Positions 1 to 10,397 of a DNA stretch of 64,000 nt are shown here, piece by piece; position 1 is the first letter of the stretch; every line of letters starts with the position of its first letter. Origin of the DNA: Sedimentisphaerales bacterium. GTDB taxonomy: Bacteria > Planctomycetota > Phycisphaerae > Sedimentisphaerales > SM23-30. The position numbers and the translations under genes are program-made. The notes beneath the pieces were generated by a model. That model saw nothing but the letters and a program-made list of their open reading frames with translations. It was not told where the DNA came from and ran no database searches. The DNA is taken from contig CAXXFK010000042.1 in the NCBI GenBank assembly GCA_963663965.2, positions 160,001 to 224,000 of the forward strand, written 5' to 3'.

Positions 1-1685
1 AGGTCGGTCCCAGTCCGGACTGGATGGTGCGACGACTCGAAACAATTGGGTTACGCAGTATTAACAATGTCGTCGATATCACCAATTATATCCTGATGGA
101 AATCGGTCAGCCCATCCATTCATTCGATTATAACCGGCTTGAAAATGGGATGATCATTGTTCGGCGTGCCGATGAGGAAGAAGTGATCGAAACGATCGAT
201 CATACCCAACATAAGCTTAATGCCGATATGCTGGTGATTGCCGACGCCAGCCGGCCGGTCGCGGTGGCCGGAGTGATGGGAGGGGTAGACAGTGAAGTTT
301 CGGAGGAAACATCCATCATCCTGATGGAAAGCGCCCATTTCAATCCTTTGAGTGTGCGCAAAACATCGCGCGCGCTGGCGTTAAGCAGTGACAGTTCCTT
401 TCGATTCGAACGCAACGTCGATTGGGAGATGGCTGAATGGGCCTCTCAACGTTCCTGCGCTTTGTTACGTGAACTGGCCGGCGGCAAAATCGCCCGCGGC
501 GTGATTGATTTACAGGATTCACCGCCTCCGGCCAGAACGGTTGCTCTGCGCATGGAGCGGCTCAAACTTTATACCGGAATTGATTTTAAGCCTGATTATG
601 TGACGGCTATCCTGGGACGGTTGGGATTTGAGCCGAACTATAATAATGGACTGATTACCTGCCAGGTGCCGAGTTGGCGCTATAATGATGTCAGCCAGGA
701 AGTCGATCTGATCGAAGAGGTCATCCGCATTCATGGTTTCGAACCGATTGCCACCGAAAATTCCATCCATATCCGGCTGACCACTCCGGACAAATTCCAG
801 AAAACCCGTGAATCGGTGGTTTCAGTATTGCATGGTTGCGGTTATTTCGAGACCATCAGTGTCGCCTTTATCGAAGATGTTTATCATCGACCTTTTACCC
901 CTGATAATTTCCAGCCGGTACGGGTCAGTGAATATATCCGGAAAGAAAATAACGCCCTGCGATCCAGCCTGCTGCCATCGCTGATGGTCTGTCGCAGGCG
1001 AAACCAGGATTCCGGCAATGAAGCCTGTTATCTCTATGAACTGGCGGCCACTCATGTCCCGGTTACCGGGGGTGGAGTCCCGCGCGAAAATGTGTATTTA
1101 AGTCTGTTGGGTGATGGCGATTTGCGCTCCATGCGTGGGGTACTGGAAACACTGGTTTTGCAGTTGGATCGCGCTTCCCGACTGACGTGTCGGCCGGCCC
1201 CGATTTTCTGGGCGCGGCCTGAAGGCGGGGCGGAACTGGTCGTCAATGACAAGGTGATTGGCGTTATCGGGGTACCTGCTGAACCAGTCATGAAAGCGTA
1301 TGATCTGGAAAAACCGCTTTGTCTGGCTGAAATCGATTTTTCTGCCCTGATCGAATTACAGGGCGCCATTCCACAGTTAAAACCTTTGATTCGTTTTCCC
1401 GCGATCATCCGTGATTTGTCCCTGGTGCTGGATGAGCCGATTCGCTGGATCGATCTGGAACAAGCCATTCGCCTGGCCGGGCAGTGTGCCGGCGATAACC
1501 TGCGGGATGTCCGTTTTATCGGGATCTATCGCGGCAAGGGTATCGAAAAGGGTAAAAAGAGTCTAACGCTTTCAATGGAATTCCGGCGGGCCGAAGGAAC
1601 CCTGACCCATGAAGAAGTGGATGGCTGGCAGCAGACGATCCTGACCGCGCTCAAAGGGCAGTTAGCCGCAGATTTACGGGTTTGA
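1..1685 (+). CDS. pheT: Phenylalanine--tRNA ligase beta subunit, 5'-truncated by the window edge
   Basis: Frame is open from position 3 (VGPSPDWM...). Motifs SINNVVDITNY, GQPIHSFD, ESAHFNP, SSFRFER, DLIEEVIRIHG and the C-terminal FDX-ACB domain (RFPAIIRDLS...KKSLT...TLT). Confidence 0.97.
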   Translation, partial: VGPSPDWMVRRLETIGLRSINNVVDITNYILMEIGQPIHSFDYNRLENGMIIVRRADEEEVIETIDHTQHKLNADMLVIADASRPVAVAGVMGGVDSEVSEETSIILMESAHFNPLSVRKTSRALALSSDSSFRFERNVDWEMAEWASQRSCALLRELAGGKIARGVIDLQDSPPPARTVALRMERLKLYTGIDFKPDYVTAILGRLGFEPNYNNGLITCQVPSWRYNDVSQEVDLIEEVIRIHGFEPIATENSIHIRLTTPDKFQKTRESVVSVLHGCGYFETISVAFIEDVYHRPFTPDNFQPVRVSEYIRKENNALRSSLLPSLMVCRRRNQDSGNEACYLYELAATHVPVTGGGVPRENVYLSLLGDGDLRSMRGVLETLVLQLDRASRLTCRPAPIFWARPEGGAELVVNDKVIGVIGVPAEPVMKAYDLEKPLCLAEIDFSALIELQGAIPQLKPLIRFPAIIRDLSLVLDEPIRWIDLEQAIRLAGQCAGDNLRDVRFIGIYRGKGIEKGKKSLTLSMEFRRAEGTLTHEEVDGWQQTILTALKGQLAADLRV

Positions 1686-1790
1686 CCATGATATCAAGCC
1701 CGATCCGTTTGCCCGGACTATAATATTACATTGATAATATGGAATATTGGGCGCTCAGGGCCCCGTTAACCTTGCATATAGAGAGAGTCT

Positions 1791-2705
1791 ATGTCTACGC
1801 AACCATCATCCACATTTAAAATCTGGATTCAGGCGTTTCGCCCGTTTTCTTATACGGCATCCATCATTCCCGCCATGCTCGGCGCCGGATTAGCCATCTA
1901 TCGGGATGCACCGGCTCAATGGTGGCTTTTGCCCCTGATCGTTTTTGCGTCGATGCTGATCCAGGCCGGTACCAATCTGGTCAGTGAATATTTCGATTAC
2001 AAAAAAGGGGTGGATCGGCCGGAGACTTACGGTTCCAGCCGGGTTTTGGTGGAGCAACTGCTCCGGCCGCATCAGATCCTGATTGCCGGATTAATTTGTT
2101 TTGCCCTGACGATTGGTTTGGGACTCTATTTCATTGCATTACGCGGCTGGATTATATTTATCATTGGCTTTGTCGGCGTTCTGGGCGGACTGTTTTATAC
2201 CGCCGATCCCTTTGGTTATAAATATCTGGGGGTGGGCGACCTGTTTGTGTTTCTACTGATGGGACCATTGATGGTGATTGGCAGTTATTTTGTCCTTACC
2301 GGCGCCTATGACCGTTCGATACTGCTTATTTCCATACCAGTGGGATTTCTGGTCGCCGCTATACTATCCGGTAATAACCTCCGTGATATCCAGTTCGATC
2401 TCCAGGCCCACATCCATACGACTGCATCGGTGCTGGGGCATCGAATTGCCCGTTGGGAATATTCCCTGCTGGTTGCCGGGGCTTATATTGCCACGATTAT
2501 AATGATTGTTTTGAAGATTCTGCCGCTCTGGTCGTTGTTGACCCTGTTGACTATTCCACCGGCCGTTAAAGTGATTCGTGCGGCATTGCAAAGCCGACCG
2601 GACCACCCGGAAACTATTGCCACCCTCGATGTGCAGACCGCCCAGTTGCATATGCCGTTTGGTTTACTGCTGATCGTTTCGGTGATTCTTGGGGGATTAT
2701 TGTGA
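1791..2705 (+). CDS. menA: 1,4-dihydroxy-2-naphthoate polyprenyltransferase (UbiA family)
   Basis: WIQAFRPFS start, NLVSEYFDYKKGVD and NNLRDIQFD Asp-rich motifs, about 9 hydrophobic segments; two genes upstream of menG. Confidence 0.9.
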   Translation: MSTQPSSTFKIWIQAFRPFSYTASIIPAMLGAGLAIYRDAPAQWWLLPLIVFASMLIQAGTNLVSEYFDYKKGVDRPETYGSSRVLVEQLLRPHQILIAGLICFALTIGLGLYFIALRGWIIFIIGFVGVLGGLFYTADPFGYKYLGVGDLFVFLLMGPLMVIGSYFVLTGAYDRSILLISIPVGFLVAAILSGNNLRDIQFDLQAHIHTTASVLGHRIARWEYSLLVAGAYIATIIMIVLKILPLWSLLTLLTIPPAVKVIRAALQSRPDHPETIATLDVQTAQLHMPFGLLLIVSVILGGLL

Positions 2706-3318
2706 CCGTGGTGGTCGCTCCCATCCTGCTGGCGGCGATTGCCTTCTTTGGACTGTTCAGTCCCTGGACCCAAGCGATCGTTCCCTTCTGGCCGGTCATG
2801 GCCGTAACCACTGCCGCGCTGGCCGCCTTCTCGCTGATTATCGATTATCGCCGCTCAACCTGGATATACGCTTTTCGCAAATCATGGCTGATCTGGGGAT
2901 TATTCGCGGCTGTGGTACTGTATCTGATCTTCTGGCTGGGCCGCCATGTTTCGGTTGGATCCTGCCTTTTGCCGCCGATCAGGTCGATGCCATCTACCAG
3001 ATCAAATCTGGTTTACATCCTTTTATCATCGGTTCCTTGCTGGTGTTGATTATAGGCCCGGCCGAAGAAATTTTCTGGCGCGGCTTTGTCCAGCGCCGCC
3101 TGACCCGGCGTTATGGCTGGGTGGCCGGTTTACTGGCCGGGATCGCTGTCTATACCCTGGTGCATATCTGGTCGTTTAATCTGATGCTCATTGGCGCCGC
3201 GGCCATTTGTGGTACGTTCTGGGGTTTGCTTTTTATGATTACCGGTAATCTCTGGCCTTGTATTATTTCACACGCACTTTGGGATGTTGTTATCTTTTTA
3301 CTCTTTCCAGTCACATGA
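2702..3318 (+). CDS. CPBP (CAAX/Abi) family intramembrane metalloprotease, split by a 1-nt indel near 2950
   Basis: ORF 2702 gives a hydrophobic N-terminus up to ...WLGRHV. The 2689 frame continues GWILPFAADQV...GPAEEIFWRG...TLVH...SHALWD (EExxxR, H, HxxxD motifs). GTG start overlaps the menA stop and the stop overlaps the menG ATG. Confidence 0.85.
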
Positions 3319-4019
3319 CCGACACTAAAACACTTTATGATTTCGATGATATTTCCGAAGGATACGATCGATGCAATCGACTCTTCAGCCTGGGTATTGA
3401 TCAGCGCTGGCGACGTCGCACCGTGAGGTTGCTTCAACCCCAGGCCGATCATACCGTACTCGACCTTTGCTGTGGCACCGGCGATCTGGCATTTGCGTTT
3501 TTGAAATACAGTCCGGTGCGATCAGTGGTCGGCCTGGACCTGAGTGGGGCCATGGTCGAGCAGGCCCGTGTCCGTTATGAAAAACAGTTTCATTCTCCCG
3601 GCCGTTCGGTCGAATGGCTGGTGGGCGATGCGATCACCACCGGTTTGCCCGATCGGTCATTTGATTTCATTACCTGCGCGTTCGGTCTGCGCAATATTCC
3701 GGACCGACCGGCGGCTCTGGCAGAAATGCACCGCTTGTTAAAACCCGGCGGACAGGCGGCTATTCTGGAATTTTCGCTTCCCACCCAGCCGCTGATCAGA
3801 GCGCTCTATCGTCTTTACCTGGGCCGGATCATGCCGGTTCTGGGAGGGATGGTGCTGGGTAGCTCTCATCCACTTTATTATCTGGCCCGTTCCATTGAAC
3901 GATGGGATGCACAAGTCGATCTGGCGGAAGAGTTTCGTCAGGCACGCCTTACCTTTAATGGCCGCCATCGTTTTACGGCCGGTATTACCACTTTATGGCT
4001 GGCAAGAAAGGAGTTCTAA
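3315..4019 (+). CDS. menG: Demethylmenaquinone methyltransferase (UbiE/MenG)
   Basis: FDDISEGYDRCNRLFSLGIDQRWR, VLDLCCGTGD SAM motif, FGLRN, AILEFS. Start placed at ATG 3315, overlapping the upstream TGA. Confidence 0.92.
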   Translation: MTDTKTLYDFDDISEGYDRCNRLFSLGIDQRWRRRTVRLLQPQADHTVLDLCCGTGDLAFAFLKYSPVRSVVGLDLSGAMVEQARVRYEKQFHSPGRSVEWLVGDAITTGLPDRSFDFITCAFGLRNIPDRPAALAEMHRLLKPGGQAAILEFSLPTQPLIRALYRLYLGRIMPVLGGMVLGSSHPLYYLARSIERWDAQVDLAEEFRQARLTFNGRHRFTAGITTLWLARKEF

Positions 4020-4021
4020 TA

Positions 4022-4564
4022 ATGCCGATAACATTCTTAACTGAGCCGGTGTTCGCCTGGCCGGAAGTCGTTGCGTTTGAGACCGAATGGGGCTATGCCG
4101 GTTTCGCCTGTCAGGATAACGTGGTGGTATCATTTCGATTTGGTTATCCCAAAAAAGACGCCGTTTTACAGGCTTTGCTTACCGATTATGGTCGAGCCGC
4201 CATTAATCCCCAATTGATGCCGCCATTGCAATCCGCCCTGCAAAACTATTTTTCCGGGAATACGGAGGTCGATTTCAATTGCTTAGTCGATATCTCCTGG
4301 GCCACGCCAACCGGCCGGGACATCCTCAAAGCTTGTGCCACGATCCCCTACGGTCAGACCCTTTCGTATGGTGAACTCGCTGACAAAGCCGGCCACCCCA
4401 ATGCTGCCCGCGCTGTTGGTCAGGTCATGGCCGCCAATTGCCTTCCTATCCTTATCCCTTGTCACCGCGTCATTCGTTCGGATAATACTCTGGGAGGGTA
4501 TTCTGCCCCGGGAGGCGTAGATATTAAACGGCGTTTGCTCCAACTGGAAACCAAGCAATCCTAA
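4022..4564 (+). CDS. ogt: Methylated-DNA--protein-cysteine S-methyltransferase
   Basis: IPYGQTLSYGELA, AARAVG, active-site IPCHRV, KRRLLQLE. AAGGAG upstream of ATG 4022. Confidence 0.93.
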   Translation: MPITFLTEPVFAWPEVVAFETEWGYAGFACQDNVVVSFRFGYPKKDAVLQALLTDYGRAAINPQLMPPLQSALQNYFSGNTEVDFNCLVDISWATPTGRDILKACATIPYGQTLSYGELADKAGHPNAARAVGQVMAANCLPILIPCHRVIRSDNTLGGYSAPGGVDIKRRLLQLETKQS

Positions 4565-4784
4565 TAATACAAAAATATTGTCATCATTGGCCCGCGTTTC
4601 CGTCATTAAGAACCATTAGCCCATCGAGAACAAGTAATTCATACAAGGAGAATATCTGCCTCAAAAAATGGTCAAGTTGGTTTTGTGGCGATGTCGGTTT
4701 TTTTGTTCATCAGCTGGAAAAAACAGGCTAAGACAAAGAAAACCGCTCAGGATAATGGGGGGCTGACTTAAAAACATAATCCGC

Positions 4785-4813
4785 TTGACGTTATAGGGAA
4801 AATTGTATAAGAT
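4785..4813 (+). promoter_or_regulatory. Putative sigma70-type promoter of the DoxX-fusion/CGGC genes
   Basis: TTGACG (4785-4790), 17 nt, TAAGAT (4808-4813) in an AT-rich intergenic region. Confidence 0.5.
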
Positions 4814-4969
4814 TACCTGTATCAAGCAGTTAGTTCACGTTATATTTGGCTGAAAGTTTTTGGCGTCATGTGTTTTTTGATTCATCATCATAATCCAGAG
4901 GGATAATGATCGATGAAACCAACGTCAGTGAATGTCTTTTTAACCTAATATCCTGTTTGGGAATGAATT

Positions 4970-6526
4970 ATGCGTACAAACCAATTCGGTAAATTTCAGG
5001 TTTTTATTCTTGTCCTTTTACGCATGGCCATTGGCTGGCATTTTCTATATGAGGGTATCGCCAAAATTATGACCCCCAACTGGAGTTGTGCCGGCTATTT
5101 GAAAAGTGCCAGTTGGTGGCTCTCGGACTTTTTTCACTGGATCGTTGCCAATCCCCAGGCGCTTCCGATAGTCAACTGGCTTAATGTTTGGGGGCTCACC
5201 CTGATTGGCCTGGGCCTGATTGTGGGTTGTTTCACCCGCCTGGCCGCTTTCTTTGGCATTCTTTTACTGGCGATGTACTATATTGCCAATCCACCCTTTC
5301 TTGCCTCCGGCATGTCGATTTCAGCTGAGGGGCATTATCTGATCATTGATAAAAATCTGATCGAGATCATTGCCCTGGTTGCGATTATTTTCTTTTCGGC
5401 CGGGCGTTACTGGTCGGTGGACAAGGCGATATTGGCCTGGTTCCGCTATAAAACAACCCAACCTGATCCGACGAAAGAATCCGTCCCGGGTGAAGAGCAG
5501 TCAGCCAGCTCAGCCAGACTCAATCGCCGCGATATCCTGGAAGCCCTGGCCTCTATTCCTGTCCTGGGCGCTTTTGTATTTGCCTTAATCAAACAGCGTC
5601 CCTGGGAACAGGTCGAGTCAGTATCGGGCGCGACGATTCAACTGACCAAACTGGATATCACCGACCTCAAGGGTGAACTGCCCACCGGCCAGGTCGGGCC
5701 GCATAAGGTCAGCCGTCTGATCATCGGCGGCAATCTGATTGGTGGCTGGGCACACTCTCGCGACCTGATCTATGTGCCTTCGCTTTTCAAAGCCTATAAT
5801 GACCAGCAAAAAATCTACGAGACTCTCATGCTGGCGGAAAAAGCCGGCGTTAATACCATTAACATTTCCGATTCTCAATTACCCCTGATCAATCAATATA
5901 AGAAGGATGTCGGCAGTAAGCTGCAAACCGTCTGTCAGGTTCATCCTACCGTGGATAATGTCTTTGGCGCGGCTGATAAAGTGATGGAACTGGGCGGGAC
6001 TATGGTCCAGATTCAGGGCAACTGCTGTGACTGGCGTGTCCGTGAAGGCCGGATCGATGTCCTGCAAAAATGCATCGATCATGTCCGTTCCCAGGGCTTT
6101 ACCGCCGGTCTGGGCGCCCACTCTATCCAGGCTTTGATGGAATGTGACAAAGCCGGGCTCGAACCTGACTTTTACATGAAAACCATCCATCATGATCACT
6201 ACTGGTCCGCTCATCCGCGCGAAAACCGCATCCCTTATTCCGTAGACGGCAATCGCTCCAATGATCACAACCAGTTTCATGACAATATTTTCTGCCTGTT
6301 CCCCGAAGAGACCATCGAGTTTATGAAAACCAAAAAGATTCCGTGGATGGGTTTCAAAGTACTCGCCGCCGGGGCGATCAATCCTCATGATGGTTTTAAA
6401 TTCGCCTTCCAAAACGGCGCCGATTATCTCTGTGTGGGGATGTTCGATTTCCAGATCGTTGAAGATGTCAATATCGCTATCGATTCATTCAATCAGGCCC
6501 AGTCCAGACCGCGCACCTGGTGCTGA
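4970..6526 (+). CDS. DoxX-family membrane domain fused to an aldo/keto-reductase-like barrel domain
   Basis: N-terminal LRMAIGWHFLYEGIAK...GLIVGCFTRLAA...DKNLIE (DoxX). Internal LNRRDIL plus hydrophobic helix. C-terminal VSRLIIGGN...GLGAH...GFKVLAAGAI...GAD..CVGM. Confidence 0.75.
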   Translation: MRTNQFGKFQVFILVLLRMAIGWHFLYEGIAKIMTPNWSCAGYLKSASWWLSDFFHWIVANPQALPIVNWLNVWGLTLIGLGLIVGCFTRLAAFFGILLLAMYYIANPPFLASGMSISAEGHYLIIDKNLIEIIALVAIIFFSAGRYWSVDKAILAWFRYKTTQPDPTKESVPGEEQSASSARLNRRDILEALASIPVLGAFVFALIKQRPWEQVESVSGATIQLTKLDITDLKGELPTGQVGPHKVSRLIIGGNLIGGWAHSRDLIYVPSLFKAYNDQQKIYETLMLAEKAGVNTINISDSQLPLINQYKKDVGSKLQTVCQVHPTVDNVFGAADKVMELGGTMVQIQGNCCDWRVREGRIDVLQKCIDHVRSQGFTAGLGAHSIQALMECDKAGLEPDFYMKTIHHDHYWSAHPRENRIPYSVDGNRSNDHNQFHDNIFCLFPEETIEFMKTKKIPWMGFKVLAAGAINPHDGFKFAFQNGADYLCVGMFDFQIVEDVNIAIDSFNQAQSRPRTWC

Positions 6527-6592
6527 TTTCATTCTGAATCCCAATTTATTGTTCTGATCATATAATCCCTGTTTCAGCCAAGAGAATACGTC

Positions 6593-7033
6593 ATGCCATC
6601 CATACCAGCCGATACCTCCCATGTCAAATATGTCGTCGCGCTCCAATGTCACATCGTTAAAGAGCGATGTAGCGGTTTCTTATGCGAAAACGCATTTTAT
6701 AATCGCACTGGCGGCTTTACCCTTTACCCTCAGGATCAAGCCATCCGCTATCTTAATCTTACCTGCGGCGGCTGTTGCGGCCGGGCCACTTTGCGTAAAC
6801 TCAGTAACCTGACCAAATTGCTCAAGAAAAACAGCGATATAACTCCGGATCAGATCTGTGTCCATTTCTCCAGTTGCATCTGTAAGGAAAATTTCCACGG
6901 TCCGATTTGTCCACATTACGACTATATCAAAGAACTGGTCGAGCGCAAAGGGCTTCAGTGGGTTGAGGGCACTCAGATCGATCCCAAGAGTGTCAGCCGC
7001 CGCGATGAAGACGGCCACTGGCATTCGGATTGA
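6593..7033 (+). CDS. CGGC domain (Cys-rich, putative metal/Fe-S binding) protein
   Basis: QC...RCSGFLC, TCGGCCG, HFSSC, CPH motifs. Confidence 0.85.
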   Translation: MPSIPADTSHVKYVVALQCHIVKERCSGFLCENAFYNRTGGFTLYPQDQAIRYLNLTCGGCCGRATLRKLSNLTKLLKKNSDITPDQICVHFSSCICKENFHGPICPHYDYIKELVERKGLQWVEGTQIDPKSVSRRDEDGHWHSD

Positions 7034-7053
7034 TCATGTCTTCTTCGGGCCGC

Positions 7054-9228
7054 TTACTCACCCATAAACCGCCAGTTTATTTTACCGTAGCCATGCTGAT
7101 AATCACCCTGTAACTGACGGAGTCGACCGGCCGGCTTTCCGGTTGAATCGTGATGAACTTCCATTTCTAACAGACAGTATAATCCCTTTTCATAATCGAA
7201 GGTTTTGCCATCGTCATCATAGAGCATGGACTTCGCGTCTGCCTGTCCATAATGACGGATCTCCAGATCCACCGGCCGGGCCAATTGTGATATCCTGTTT
7301 ATCGCGGGTATCATTGGAATAATCCCCCCATCCTTCACGTAAAGTGGGATCCTGTCCAGTGGTGGCGTGACTTTAATCACTTCACCGCCGCCGGCCAGTT
7401 CGCCGGTATAAAAATCATACCATTTCCCTGGCGGCAGGATCACCTCACGGGATTTTTGCCCGACAAACACCGGCGCGACCAACAGGCAATCACCAAACAT
7501 ATACTGATCCACAACATCCTTACGTATTGCCATGGCGTAAGGATTCTTTGTGTCATCCAGTACGCCCGCTTCCATGGCCTCATTGTCGTTATAACCCTGT
7601 TCCAATACCATGGCCCGGATCGGGGGGATTCCCTCAAAATAATATCGGGAAAATGCGGAATAAAGATAGGGCAAAAGCCGGTTGCGCAGTTTAATTAAAT
7701 CCCGTACCTCGTTTTCCACCGGCGCGAATGACCAGGGTTTGGTATTGGATGACCAGCCATTCAGCTGGACCAACGGCGAAAAACAGACCGATTGCATCCG
7801 CCGCAGCCACTCTTCCGGCGAGCCGGCTGACCGGATTTCCGGCGTATACAATACCCCGGCAAATCCCGAGTTGATCAGCGCCGAAACAAAGCCGCGATGG
7901 TCGTAATGATCGGTATAGATCGCAAAGGGATAGTTCGACGCTCCGGCGTTACTGGCCCGTACCTGACAATAGGTTCGCTGGTTGCGCTGACGGAATAGCG
8001 GCATCAACATCCGCTGCATTTGTAAACCGTAGGTCTGCCGCATGACCTCTCCGCTGGTCCCAGATGGAAACACGGCGTGATCCGGCCACAGCCAGTTGTC
8101 GTAGCCATCCACTTCATCGATCTTATAACCACTCACGCCAATCGATAGGTGTTCCCGGTTATGCTGAGCGCTGAGTATCTCACAGGCCTTTGGTAAGGTA
8201 TAATCGGGCACCAATCCCAGCCATACCATGTGCGAGCCGGTATAGGGCTTGATGGTGTCATAAATCCCGGCGTCCGGTGAGACATAAGGATTCTCCCAGA
8301 GATTGATTTTGATGCCATGGCGGTTCATTGTTTCCAGAAATGTTTTCGGCTCTGGAAACAGTTCCGGATTCCATTCAAAGGTACAAGGGTAGGATTTGCT
8401 ATGCCAGCCCGGTTCCAGTCCAATCACATCCAGTGGGAAATCCCGCCGCTCGAATTCTTCCACTTCTTGAATCACATCCTGATCACTGGCATGCGTCCGC
8501 ATCCGATGCCAGAATCCCAGACCCCATTTCGGTGGCAGACACCCACCTCCGCAATACAGGTTATAGCGCCGGATGACATCCAGCATGGTTGGGCCCGCGA
8601 AGACCATCACCTCCATACCCTCAGCAACCACGCAGGCTTCTACGGCGTCAGAAGTTGGCTGAGCCTGCCAGTTCCGGTCGGTATTCCGATCCCGGATGGG
8701 AGGCAGGTTGGGGCTGTCCTGGCGATTACCCACCCCGGCATAAATCGAAATAGAATGCGGGGTGTTGAAAAATACGCCATAGCCCGCGCTGGAGATATAA
8801 AACGGTACCGGTGCGTGCAAGCGTTCCTGGCCGCTTTTATAATGATCCATCTGCAAATGATACACGCCGCCGCGCCGATTCATGCCCTGAAACTGTAAAC
8901 CCAGCCCGTAGAGTTTTTCATCCGGCCCCAGTGGCACCCGTACGCTTGAGCGTACTCCGGAGACCAGGCCGCGGATCTCTGACTGAATCAGCGGGAATGG
9001 CGTTTTGCCCATATCCGCCAGCGCCTCGATTCGAGGTGGCGCTCCCGCAAAAGATAAATAGGTCATAGCCTCTTTACGCCCAATCTGACCCGACCAGACC
9101 CCAGGCGCCTTTTCCTGCCACGATAAAACTTGCATTGAATCAAGCGTTGTTGGTACGGCACTATATAAAAAACAGGTGTTGGTTATCAGTACCAAAGTTA
9201 TTATGAATAATGATTGGATTCTAACCAT
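7054..9228 (-). CDS. Glycoside hydrolase family 31, secreted
   Basis: LYGLG, PVPFYISS.GYGVFFN, LPPKWGLGFW, GYKIDEVDG nucleophile region, LLPYLYS, QYMFGDCLLVAP, IPLYVKDGGIIP, LYDDDG. Signal-like N-terminus from ATG 9228. Confidence 0.9.
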   Translation of the reverse strand: MVRIQSLFIITLVLITNTCFLYSAVPTTLDSMQVLSWQEKAPGVWSGQIGRKEAMTYLSFAGAPPRIEALADMGKTPFPLIQSEIRGLVSGVRSSVRVPLGPDEKLYGLGLQFQGMNRRGGVYHLQMDHYKSGQERLHAPVPFYISSAGYGVFFNTPHSISIYAGVGNRQDSPNLPPIRDRNTDRNWQAQPTSDAVEACVVAEGMEVMVFAGPTMLDVIRRYNLYCGGGCLPPKWGLGFWHRMRTHASDQDVIQEVEEFERRDFPLDVIGLEPGWHSKSYPCTFEWNPELFPEPKTFLETMNRHGIKINLWENPYVSPDAGIYDTIKPYTGSHMVWLGLVPDYTLPKACEILSAQHNREHLSIGVSGYKIDEVDGYDNWLWPDHAVFPSGTSGEVMRQTYGLQMQRMLMPLFRQRNQRTYCQVRASNAGASNYPFAIYTDHYDHRGFVSALINSGFAGVLYTPEIRSAGSPEEWLRRMQSVCFSPLVQLNGWSSNTKPWSFAPVENEVRDLIKLRNRLLPYLYSAFSRYYFEGIPPIRAMVLEQGYNDNEAMEAGVLDDTKNPYAMAIRKDVVDQYMFGDCLLVAPVFVGQKSREVILPPGKWYDFYTGELAGGGEVIKVTPPLDRIPLYVKDGGIIPMIPAINRISQLARPVDLEIRHYGQADAKSMLYDDDGKTFDYEKGLYCLLEMEVHHDSTGKPAGRLRQLQGDYQHGYGKINWRFMGE

Positions 9229-9539
9229 TGAAAGATCCTCACAAATTAAAATGAAAGTGACCTGGGATTTTGAAAACGTCAGAAATACATTAGGCATAAT
9301 GTTGCATAAAGCGTTTTATTTCAATTTCTTACTCATTTTTGTTACATCAGGTTTCTGGTTCCTATTTGAAATTAGATTTGATCATTTAACAAGTGAAGAG
9401 CATACGGAGTAGGTGAATTTTATTCATTTCTTGAAAAGAGCTGAAAAAAACATATGATTCAGGCATAATAAGGCAACGCCAACTTAAGAGAACTCAAAAA
9501 GAAAGAAGTGTGAGTTAATTCAAAAAAAACTTTTTTGAG

Positions 9540-10124
9540 GTGAATATTCCAATGAAATATCCGATATTATTTTGCGTGCCGGTTTTGATGGTGGCCGATT
9601 ATTTTTTGACGGTGGCCGGCGCGATCCTTCGGGAAAGAACATATTCTGAACATTTTCAATTGAAACATTATGAAATGAATCCGCTATGGCAAAATGCAAT
9701 CGCCCGGAAGAAGTGGTTTAATCCTCGTCATCTGGTTATAACCGGGGGAGTCACAGTTGTCTTTTACTACCTGTTTGAATATGCTGAGACCTCGATTCCC
9801 TTTATGGAGGGATTGCTGGCAAGTGTCTTAGTTCTTTACGCCATGATCAACGGTCGTCATCTATCCAATATTCTGATATTTCGATACTTAAACAATCATC
9901 CTGATCAGATCACCGGCCATATTCAAATGGAGCATAGGTTTGTCCTTTTCATGTCCACTGCCCAGTATGTAACCGTCTTAATTCCCATCGCCATGCTGGC
10001 CTGGTTGCTGCCATCTCCCCAGACGATAGGGGGGCTGGCCGGAATTTTGCTTTCCTTTGTCATCCATATACGGTGGGGCATGAAGTACAAGAAGAAAATG
10101 AAACAGGAAATGGAAAAGGAATGA
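9540..10124 (+). CDS. Hypothetical integral membrane protein
   Basis: 194-aa ORF with about 5 hydrophobic segments and a D.FLT...EMNP motif; family not firmly recognised. Confidence 0.7.
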   Translation: MNIPMKYPILFCVPVLMVADYFLTVAGAILRERTYSEHFQLKHYEMNPLWQNAIARKKWFNPRHLVITGGVTVVFYYLFEYAETSIPFMEGLLASVLVLYAMINGRHLSNILIFRYLNNHPDQITGHIQMEHRFVLFMSTAQYVTVLIPIAMLAWLLPSPQTIGGLAGILLSFVIHIRWGMKYKKKMKQEMEKE

Positions 10125-10397
10125 ACAGGTTGTCTGGTATATTATCGCCCTGATCAAATTGGAGTTTGTCCGGATGCCTGTAATCATTGAACTCATTGGA
10201 TTGTGGGTTATAATTTTTTCAGCCGGCTGGCCGTGATTATGTCTAAGTAGTTTTGAAACCGTTGGTTGCGGTTGATGTCTTCGAGAAGGCCGATTGATAT
10301 TTTTTGTTTCTAAATTGAGACGGGTTCTGGTAAAATAACATTGATATTTTATCAATTGGTTAAAAGTGATCTGTTTGAACCGGACGAGACTGTTAAG

